From Lishizhenia sp. (GTDB lineage: Bacteria; Bacteroidota; Bacteroidia; Flavobacteriales_D; Crocinitomicaceae), in NCBI GenBank assembly GCA_965656535.1, contig CBFHKX010000003.1:101595-165594 (forward strand): DNA of 64,000 nt, read 5' to 3'. Below the pieces are notes generated by a model. The model was not told the origin of the DNA. It saw nothing but the letters and a program-made list of their open reading frames with translations, and searched no databases. Of this stretch, positions 41,998 to 49,327 are shown piece by piece. The position numbers and the translations under genes were made by a program. Positions within the stretch are counted from its first letter, which is position 1, and each line of letters starts with the position of its first letter.

Positions 41998-42750
41998 TCA
42001 TAAATTGTAAGTAATGGGGTTAGAAGCACCCCTTTTTTTCTTATGTGCAATAGATTTGTTGATATACATTGATCGAACATTTTCAGGTGCAATTTTTCCA
42101 TTAAAACCATACCCCATATAAATCTTCCCTTTTTTTCTTCCTGATTTATAAGGTCGTTCTGTTTGATACCAATGATCAACTTCAAAAACCTCTACAATTA
42201 GCCCTTTGTATTCACTTAAAACATATTTTAACTTCCCATCCCGTGGGTCAGACATTCGCCAAGTCTCTTTGGTCGCGTTGTATATTTTTTCTTCACCTGA
42301 TGCATGTTTATAACTTCCATTTATATTAATGATTACAAAATCACTAGGAATGCGGTTTAATGGAGTTGCATTATATTTTCTTATAATTTCAGAAGCACTC
42401 ATTAACCCGTTTTCAATAGAATTTATTCCACCTTGTAAATTCCCTCTTCTAAATGAACTAAAACTAGGTATGAATTTAAAGGTGTCAAGAAGTGAAGCCT
42501 CGATATTAAATGCAGTTTTTTCATTTAGTCCATGTCTAACTATAACATGTTTTATTTCTTTTCCCTTTTTGAGAAATTCTTGGATGGTATCAAGTTTTTC
42601 AGTGCCAGAATTTCCATTTTTTGCATTTTCTAAATGGTTAAAAACTCTATTTCCTTTTCCTTTTCCAACATAAAAAGGAAGATCCGTTTCAGGGTCTAGA
42701 AGCAAATACACGTAATACTGAAGTTCTTCAATAGTTTTAGGGTCAAACAT
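41998..42750 (-). CDS. LEM-3-like GIY-YIG nuclease domain protein
   Basis: YYVYLLLDPETDLPFYVGKGKGNRVFNH, IVRHGL..AFNIEASL. Confidence 0.85.
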   Translation of the reverse strand: MFDPKTIEELQYYVYLLLDPETDLPFYVGKGKGNRVFNHLENAKNGNSGTEKLDTIQEFLKKGKEIKHVIVRHGLNEKTAFNIEASLLDTFKFIPSFSSFRRGNLQGGINSIENGLMSASEIIRKYNATPLNRIPSDFVIININGSYKHASGEEKIYNATKETWRMSDPRDGKLKYVLSEYKGLIVEVFEVDHWYQTERPYKSGRKKGKIYMGYGFNGKIAPENVRSMYINKSIAHKKKRGASNPITYNL

Positions 42751-42755
42751 ATTTC

Positions 42756-43151
42756 TTATATAATGTTATCTTGAATGATTTTTTTTATCTTTTTTGCATC
42801 TCGAATAAAAAAATGCTTAGCTCTTATGCTCTCGTTTCCTTCGCTTGAGATAATTATAGCAGAACGTATAACTCCACGATCAATTTTTACATAAGAAATA
42901 CTAGAAAAGGAGAGAAGTGATCTATCTATTCCAATAAGGTATTTATTTCTTTTTTCGTAAGTTACTCCTATCTGATCTAGTATTATTTTATCTGGCGTAA
43001 GCAGATGGCCTCCTACAAAAATACTAGACGAAAACACATACCTAAAATTGCTCGCGTTACTTTGTTCTTTGGGTATTTTAACTTTATTACCGCACTTTGA
43101 ACAAAAATTGCCATCGGATATATTTAGAAATCCACAATTACTACAATACAT
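42756..43151 (-). CDS. Zinc-ribbon plus PH-like domain protein
   Basis: MYCSNCG..NFCSKCG, then a beta-rich domain (TPDKIILDQIGVTYEKR..ISYVKIDRGV..IIISS) ending in a helix. Confidence 0.7.
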   Translation of the reverse strand: MYCSNCGFLNISDGNFCSKCGNKVKIPKEQSNASNFRYVFSSSIFVGGHLLTPDKIILDQIGVTYEKRNKYLIGIDRSLLSFSSISYVKIDRGVIRSAIIISSEGNESIRAKHFFIRDAKKIKKIIQDNII

Positions 43152-43152
43152 T

Positions 43153-43512
43153 CTAATCTCTTGCAGCGTTTCCTAGCGTAAGATCGTTGTCAATTAAATG
43201 CTTCGCTGATTTATCTTTAATTTGAACTTTGACTCCAAATGTATTTTCAAATAAATCTTCCACTTCTCCAACTTTCATACTAGCTTTAATTTTTAAATCT
43301 GCTTTACTCGATGTATTCACAGATTTTGTTGTTTTTTTGTTTAGGGCAGCCAATGTTAAATCACCTTCTGCAATTCTATTTCCTTTGTAAAAAACTAATG
43401 CTAAATTAAAACTTGATTTAAAATCCTTTGATATCGTTTTTAGTTTTTTATTCGGAGCAACAGAAAACTCCGCTTTATTAAATCTGTCTTTGATGTTGTT
43501 CAGTAATCCCAT
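43153..43512 (-). CDS. Small protein with two ubiquitin-like (beta-grasp-like) repeats, paralogue 2
   Basis: Two internal repeats; aligns end to end with 43567-43872. The fold call is by eye. Confidence 0.65.
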   Translation of the reverse strand: MGLLNNIKDRFNKAEFSVAPNKKLKTISKDFKSSFNLALVFYKGNRIAEGDLTLAALNKKTTKSVNTSSKADLKIKASMKVGEVEDLFENTFGVKVQIKDKSAKHLIDNDLTLGNAARD

Positions 43513-43526
43513 TGTTTTATTTTAAT

Positions 43527-43559
43527 TTATTGAGCCCAGTTGAAATTTGGGCTCAATAA
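43527..43559. other. Perfect 12-bp inverted repeat between the two paralogues
   Basis: ttattgagccca-N9-tgggctcaataa. Confidence 0.8.
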
Positions 43560-43566
43560 TATATGT

Positions 43567-43872
43567 TTATAATTTTCCTGCTTGAGTCAATGTCATTGAG
43601 TTATCAGCCAATTTACTATCATCGGCGTTAGAGATTTGAACTTTTATACCAAAAGTTTCTTTAAAATAACGTTCAACATTTTCTACTCTACTTCTTGCTC
43701 CTAATTCAAGAGATCCACCTGGGTCGTTTGTTTTAGATAAGTCAGTAATTTTCATTTTGTCATCAGCAAATTTTGCTCCTTTGTACATTCTGATGTTACA
43801 GTTAAACTCTTTTTCAAACTGTTTTTTGATACTGTTTACTGTACTTGCTTTGGTTACTTTAATAGTCGCCAT
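43567..43872 (-). CDS. Small protein with two ubiquitin-like (beta-grasp-like) repeats, paralogue 1
   Basis: IKVTKASTVNSIKKQFEKEFN..YKG..ADDKMKI / LELGARSRVENVERYFKETFGIKVQI..ADNSMTL. Confidence 0.65.
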   Translation of the reverse strand: MATIKVTKASTVNSIKKQFEKEFNCNIRMYKGAKFADDKMKITDLSKTNDPGGSLELGARSRVENVERYFKETFGIKVQISNADDSKLADNSMTLTQAGKL

Positions 43873-43938
43873 GTATTTTGTTTTAAATTTTGTCTACTTC
43901 TTTTTAGGGTAGTGTTTCGACTTATTTCTACCGATTTG

Positions 43939-45747
43939 TTAATTTGTTATTCCTGATGTAATATCGTCTAACATAGATTTATACCTTTCGCCTAATTCAC
44001 TATATATATTATAGTCTATTACAAGGTCTTTTTGGTCTGATATAAAAAGATTCTCACTTTCTTCAAGTCCATATTTAGATAAAATAAGTTGATATATTTC
44101 GTTCACTTTACCAGTATTGCTTTTTACCCAAATTTTCATTCCCATTGCTTTTTTAGATGGGTTAGAACAATAAATAAGTTGTTGATTTCCTCGCCCTATT
44201 CGAGTTTCATCATTGAATGAAGTACCGGTTTTGGCAAATGAAATTCTATATTTATTTGGTTGTTCTGTTTGCTTGTTACTCAAAGGGTTCCATAGATTTC
44301 CATAATTAATAACAGCTTGATCTGGATAGCCAGCTTCGGATAATTGAAGCAGTTTTGTTTCTACTCCATCAAAAATTGTTTTGTTGCCAACTTTTTGAAC
44401 TGCTTGCTTGGTTTCCACATCATCTTCTACACTTGTAATAGATGCAAAAGCCATCGCGTTTTCGAGTTCTTCCTCCAATGAGTCTTTATATTTATCTCTT
44501 AATAGGTTCAATAGTTCTAAGATCGCGAATGCCCTTGATTTTAGGTATGAATCGGTTTGGCAAGCTCCCCATGTAACTTGTTCCCACTCTTCATCAATTA
44601 GTTCGGATTCACCAAACTTTTTAATTTTTTCTTGAATTTCATCCCACTCGACTCCAAATTTGTTCCCGAAGCCTTTTGTCCATTGAGTAAAATTTGGACT
44701 TTGGGTTAGTAACCTGAAAATTTTCGGATAAGAAATTTGAATTCCTAATACTGCAAATAGCATGAAATCTTCTCCCTTAGGTTGTTCTTCATCAACCTCT
44801 ATTTCTCTTAAGTGATTAATTAGACTAAAAGAGTTTAGGTATCTTTTAAGACTTCGCGGGTTGTAACCAATACTAAAACGAACCGCTTTCGCGTATAGAT
44901 CTTTTTCATCTTCATTTATTTTAATTCCTAGTTCATGTAATTTTTCTACTAAGAAATTTTCGATGTCATAAGTTCCTATTGGCATAGAAAAAGGAACCTG
45001 TATAATTTTGTCAAAGAAGGATCTAAACTCCCTTTCATTTTCTTCTGTTTTAGGTCCAAACTTACTTTCTAATCCCTTTACAACTACGTCATAGTCGATG
45101 GCAAGTATAAAAACACAATTTGGAATATCAAATATATTTTTTAGTGCTTCTAACACCTCTACAGCGTCTCCTGGTGGTATACGATCTAAGTCATCAACAA
45201 AAAATACTACTTTTTTTACTGGGTTTTTTTCATCATTAATCAAATCTTTTATAAGGTCGCTGATAAGTGCTTTAATTTCAGCAATTTCTGCCGTATTTTT
45301 TTGTTTAACTTCTCCTTGTGCTGCATTCTGAACATCTACACCTGTCTGCTTGGCTACAACTTGGTTCGCTAAACCTCCTAGAAATTTTGCTGCAGATTTA
45401 AATTTTGCTTTACTTTCATCTTTTAAAGTCCAAATACCTCTTTCTTCGCAGGAAATTTTTAATTTTTCCAACATTCCTCTTAGTACACCTGGCGTTGTTT
45501 CATTTGCACCACGAAACATACTGTATTCCCAAGTGTTCACCCACGAACATGCAATATTATTTTTATTGAAATCTTCTAAAAGAAGAGACATCAGTGAGGT
45601 TTTTCCTGTACCCCATTCACCTTGTAAACCCACAGTTATAGGTGTATCACTAGATATAATAAAATTAGAGAGTGCTGCGCTATACTTCTCTACCTTTAAT
45701 AGATCTTGAGATTTTGTTGATATTGGCTTATCTGTAATTGACCCCAT
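43939..45747 (-). CDS. KAP family P-loop NTPase with an uncharacterised C-terminal domain
   Basis: VGLQGEWGTGKTSLM (Walker A), VNTWEY, VFFVDDLDR (Walker B), FFDKIIQVPFSMP and NPRSLKRYLN. Confidence 0.9.
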   Translation of the reverse strand: MGSITDKPISTKSQDLLKVEKYSAALSNFIISSDTPITVGLQGEWGTGKTSLMSLLLEDFNKNNIACSWVNTWEYSMFRGANETTPGVLRGMLEKLKISCEERGIWTLKDESKAKFKSAAKFLGGLANQVVAKQTGVDVQNAAQGEVKQKNTAEIAEIKALISDLIKDLINDEKNPVKKVVFFVDDLDRIPPGDAVEVLEALKNIFDIPNCVFILAIDYDVVVKGLESKFGPKTEENEREFRSFFDKIIQVPFSMPIGTYDIENFLVEKLHELGIKINEDEKDLYAKAVRFSIGYNPRSLKRYLNSFSLINHLREIEVDEEQPKGEDFMLFAVLGIQISYPKIFRLLTQSPNFTQWTKGFGNKFGVEWDEIQEKIKKFGESELIDEEWEQVTWGACQTDSYLKSRAFAILELLNLLRDKYKDSLEEELENAMAFASITSVEDDVETKQAVQKVGNKTIFDGVETKLLQLSEAGYPDQAVINYGNLWNPLSNKQTEQPNKYRISFAKTGTSFNDETRIGRGNQQLIYCSNPSKKAMGMKIWVKSNTGKVNEIYQLILSKYGLEESENLFISDQKDLVIDYNIYSELGERYKSMLDDITSGITN

Positions 45748-45830
45748 ATTCTTTTACTAATTTTAAAATGATATTATATAATCCTACATGAAAACATATG
45801 TAAAGTTGAAAGATTTTAAAAAGACTTGAG

Positions 45831-45847
45831 GCTCATTTACAGCCCAT
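45831..45847 (-). promoter_or_regulatory. Third copy of the direct-repeat motif (ATGGGCTGTAAATGAGC) upstream of the KAP gene
   Basis: gctcatttacagcccat versus gcccatttttagcccat at 37682 and 38547; same 22-nt spacing to a -7-like element. Confidence 0.6.
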
Positions 45848-46013
45848 AGAATTAGTTGAATTCTATATTTCTATTTTAAATACTTGGTATTCAAGGATGA
45901 AACATTTATATTTTTTTTGATAATCTTTTGATTTTGAAAAGTGTAATGTGTAGTCAAATTTATCTGTGAACTAGTCGTTGAGTTATGAACAAGAAATAGT
46001 AATTTTTTTAGTT

Positions 46014-46112
46014 GTTTTAAAAGCAAAAGCCCCAAGACATTGATACATCTTGAGGATTTCTGTTTCCTACGGCCATATAGGAATTATCTTTTTGGCGGTC
46101 TGGACAGGACTC
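46014..46112 (-). repeat. att-like duplicate of the tRNA-Asp 3' end plus downstream terminator
   Basis: 99 bp matching 46183-46281 with 5 mismatches; includes the last 20 nt of the tRNA (tggcggtctggac.ggactc). Confidence 0.9.
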
Positions 46113-46194
46113 TCTGTCTGCCGACTGGCAGGGAGCCAAGCTTCTTCTTAGAAGATTTGGTGATTATTATGAAAATAGAAGTGTTTTAAAAGCA

Positions 46195-46229
46195 AAATCC
46201 TCAAGACATTGATACATCTTGAGGATTTC
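46195..46229 (-). terminator. Terminator of the tRNA-Asp pair
   Basis: aaatcctcaaga-N10-tcttgaggattt hairpin. Confidence 0.75.
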
Positions 46230-46261
46230 TGTTTCCTACAGCCATATAGGACTTATCTTTT

Positions 46262-46339
46262 TGGCGGTCTGGACGGGACTCGAACCCGCGACCCCATGCG
46301 TGACAGGCATGTATTCTAACCAAGCTGAACTACCAGACC
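46262..46339 (-). tRNA. tRNA-Asp(GTC), copy 2
   Basis: GGTCTGG/CCAGACC acceptor stem, CATGC-CTGTCAC-GCATG anticodon arm, TTCGAGT T-loop, encoded CCA. Confidence 0.97.
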
Positions 46340-46378
46340 GTTTGTATAATTTTTTATACACGTTTAACTTCGTGTCCT

Positions 46379-46456
46379 TGGCGGTCTGGACGGGACTCGA
46401 ACCCGCGACCCCATGCGTGACAGGCATGTATTCTAACCAAGCTGAACTACCAGACC
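46379..46456 (-). tRNA. tRNA-Asp(GTC), copy 1
   Basis: Identical 78-nt cloverleaf; -7 element caaaatta at 46486-46493 upstream. Confidence 0.97.
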
Positions 46457-46550
46457 TTAACCGTATTCCTCGTTCGGAACGGGTGCAAAATTACCTATTA
46501 TTTGTAATATAACAAGCATTTGAGCCATAAAAAAATAAAATATTTTCAAG

Positions 46551-47612
46551 CTACTGATTTACAGACTTTTTAAAAAAAGACCTTAGTTTATCTTCTGCTA
46601 ATTTATTTTGAGGAGTAAACCGGTCGTTCGTAGGACCACCAGAATTAGGATACGGGAACCATTTCCACAGAAAACCTCCAGCAAACCAATTTTCATTATA
46701 CAATGTTTCAAAAACGGCAGAGTATGCGTATAGTTGGTTTTCTTGGCTAACTTCTAAATTTTCTGAATAATCCCAAGGCTTCAAACCATTATATACTGTA
46801 CTTCTATATCCCCATTCAGTAAAAAGTATAGGTTTATTTAGTTCTTTAGAAAACTGTTTAAGTTTTTGTTTCCAAGGTTTCCAGCCTTCAATGAAATCTG
46901 ACACTGACGGATATTTTTTGTCTGAAATAGGGTAGTAGGCATCCGAACCAATAAAATCGAGTAGGTTCCAGAAAGGAAAAGCATCAACCGAATCCCAATT
47001 TTCTGCATATGTGAGTTTACCATTGTAGACTTTTTTAACCTCTTCAATAAGTTTTTTCCAAAATTTAGATCGTGCTTTAACAAAACGAGCTAATTCAGTA
47101 CCAATACAGTACATTTCAACTTTTGAATCCGCTGCAATTTTTGCGTAAAACAATATAAAATCCAAGTAATCATTTTCGAAGGTCTGCCAGTCTTTATCTT
47201 TTTCAAAGCCAAAGGTTCCAGTAAAAATATCGTGTCCCCATAACTGTGGCTTTAACATCACTTTTAGCCCTTTTTCTTTTGCAGCTTTTACTGCTTTTAA
47301 AACACCTTCTTCTTTTTCGCTTGCCCATTGCCATTCTAGGTTAAATCGAACCTCGGCACTTCCTTTTTTAATCATACCAAAGGGCATATTTGAAACCCAA
47401 TTTGCGCCGAGTTCTTGAATTGGTATAAAGTGCAATTGTTCGAGTAAAAAATTGGGAGAAACAAAACTAATACCTTTAACTTTTTCAGAAGTCAGAGATA
47501 ATTTAGTCTCTTTCAACGAAGAATATGACTTTTTTTCTTTTTCATTTCCACAGGTGAAAAAAAAGAAGCAGACCACTAAAGTAAGTGTAAGGTTTATTTT
47601 TTTGAATACCAT
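46551..47612 (-). CDS. Glycoside hydrolase family 113-like TIM-barrel lipoprotein
   Basis: VMLKPQLW, CIGTEL, YAENWD, FTEWGY and GGFLWKWF; N-terminal hydrophobic stretch with Cys. Confidence 0.8.
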   Translation of the reverse strand: MVFKKINLTLTLVVCFFFFTCGNEKEKKSYSSLKETKLSLTSEKVKGISFVSPNFLLEQLHFIPIQELGANWVSNMPFGMIKKGSAEVRFNLEWQWASEKEEGVLKAVKAAKEKGLKVMLKPQLWGHDIFTGTFGFEKDKDWQTFENDYLDFILFYAKIAADSKVEMYCIGTELARFVKARSKFWKKLIEEVKKVYNGKLTYAENWDSVDAFPFWNLLDFIGSDAYYPISDKKYPSVSDFIEGWKPWKQKLKQFSKELNKPILFTEWGYRSTVYNGLKPWDYSENLEVSQENQLYAYSAVFETLYNENWFAGGFLWKWFPYPNSGGPTNDRFTPQNKLAEDKLRSFFKKSVNQ

Positions 47613-48583
47613 CTTTTAATAACCCTTTCAACAGGTTTATGTTGCGGAGTATAGTCGTTATTTTTGAAATTAAGGTATAAATTATCTTCTGCATACCATT
47701 TCCACAAAAAGCCACCAGCTACAAATGGTTGTGAGTACACCTCCTCAAAAAACACTTCGTATCCAAGTTCTTGTAAGGCTAAATTCACCTCTAATTCCTT
47801 CTGGTATTCAATTTCCCATTGCTTTCCAAGGGCTTTGTTCGTACTTCTATATCCAAACTCAGTAAAAACAATCTTTTTATTGTGTTTTAAGCTGGTTTCT
47901 TTCATGCGTTTAACCCGCTTTTGCCAACTTTTTTTGAGTTCATGCTTTGATGGATTGTTTTCATTTGAGATTGGAAAGTAGCAATCAATCCCAATATAAT
48001 CAAGTTCTTCCCAAAATGGGACGTTAAAGTAGTTATCCCAATTCGCTGCGTAGGTTATTTTCCCCGAGTATATTGCTCTTACTTTGTTAATAAGAAGTAC
48101 AAAGAAATCTGGATCGTGATTAACGGCATTTTTTAATTCTACTCCAATGCAAAAAGCTTCAATTTGTTGATCTTCTGCAAAATGTGCAAAATCTAGGATT
48201 CTTTTCTCGTAAGTATTTTGCCAAATTTTCCAATCTGAATTAGAGAAATTTAGATTGCCTGCCCAACCTACATTTTTAATCCAAATATGAGGTTTTAGCA
48301 TTATTTTTTTCTTAGAAAAGTGCGCTTGATTAATAACAGCAATCATGTTTTCCTTAAAGTCGCCATAATAGTTGTCTTTAGTTTCATAGGCTATTTCTGT
48401 ATTTCCTTCATGCATAATCATAAAAGGAGTAAGTGCAATATAATTTGCATTTATTCTATCGAGTGGGGTAATATAATTAGTTATACCTTCACTTTGAGCA
48501 GAAACAAAGTTTACACCATTTATTTTTTGTCCAAAACCAAGAGTAGCTATAACAAGACAGGAAAAGACAATTAATTTACACAT
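47594..48583 (-). CDS. Glycoside hydrolase family 113-like TIM-barrel protein (paralogue)
   Basis: IMLKPHIW, CIGVEL, YAANWD, FTEFGY and GGFLWKWY; signal peptide. Confidence 0.8.
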   Translation of the reverse strand: MCKLIVFSCLVIATLGFGQKINGVNFVSAQSEGITNYITPLDRINANYIALTPFMIMHEGNTEIAYETKDNYYGDFKENMIAVINQAHFSKKKIMLKPHIWIKNVGWAGNLNFSNSDWKIWQNTYEKRILDFAHFAEDQQIEAFCIGVELKNAVNHDPDFFVLLINKVRAIYSGKITYAANWDNYFNVPFWEELDYIGIDCYFPISNENNPSKHELKKSWQKRVKRMKETSLKHNKKIVFTEFGYRSTNKALGKQWEIEYQKELEVNLALQELGYEVFFEEVYSQPFVAGGFLWKWYAEDNLYLNFKNNDYTPQHKPVERVIKRWYSKK

Positions 48584-48586
48584 ACT

Positions 48587-49327
48587 TTAAGGTGTGTTAA
48601 ATGATTTTTGAGCAAAAGAATTTACCCAATTATCATCACTAACAGACATTAACGTAAAGGTGTAGTTTTTATTATTTTCTAAAGTTGGATTTATTTCAGA
48701 AGTAATGTTTAATACAACATTTGAAAGGTCATAAAATGTAAAGTTGGATTCTTGAGTGTATGTTCCAGAGATTAAGTTATTCTCATGATTTGAGATTACT
48801 TGGAAATGTATAACATCTTCTGGTCCATTTTCCCAGCTAAAGGAAGGGTTTAAATTGGTGCTTGAAATCGAAATTGTTTCTGGGTTCCAAACAGTTGGTT
48901 TATCTTGTATTTTGATTTGAACAGGATCGCATATTCGGATAGAATCATTTACCAAATAAGTCATAATTGCCCATCTGTTATTTTTGTTTTTACCTAAAGG
49001 GAGTCGCTTTAAGTATCCATTGAATAGATCTTTACTAAGCACCTCTTTTTCAAAATATAAAGAATGGTCTGTTTCATCTAAATTTACGTCGTTTGTTTCG
49101 TAGTATCTAAAATTTGTAGCACCTTCTACTGGATAGAAAAAGAAGGACACAGGGTTATTTTTATCTCCCATAAATCCATCTTGCATTCCGGCAGCACAAG
49201 CGATAATGAATTCATCCGATCTTTTAATATTTTGCAAATCATCTTGCAGACTTTCGGTGGAGTTTTTTGTGCAAGCAGAAAAACATACCACAAGTAGAAG
49301 CAATAAGCTATTGAGTTTAGTGTACAT
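48587..49327 (-). CDS. Hypothetical lipoprotein
   Basis: Lipobox CFSAC; beta-rich; overlaps the upstream gene. Confidence 0.7.
   Translation of the reverse strand: MYTKLNSLLLLLVVCFSACTKNSTESLQDDLQNIKRSDEFIIACAAGMQDGFMGDKNNPVSFFFYPVEGATNFRYYETNDVNLDETDHSLYFEKEVLSKDLFNGYLKRLPLGKNKNNRWAIMTYLVNDSIRICDPVQIKIQDKPTVWNPETISISSTNLNPSFSWENGPEDVIHFQVISNHENNLISGTYTQESNFTFYDLSNVVLNITSEINPTLENNKNYTFTLMSVSDDNWVNSFAQKSFNTP

Noticed and set aside
46014-46456. Repeats that could be mistaken for a CRISPR array
   Set aside because: The units are tRNA genes and a tRNA-end duplication. There is no regular repeat-spacer pattern and no cas operon.
46219-46512. ORFs 46219-46512 (+) and 46236-46427 (-) with repeated peptides
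   Set aside because: They are translations of the two identical tRNA-Asp genes.
46513-46528. caagcatttgagccat as a fourth copy of the island motif
   Set aside because: The half-sites and spacing do not match, and the tRNA promoter already has a consensus -7 element.
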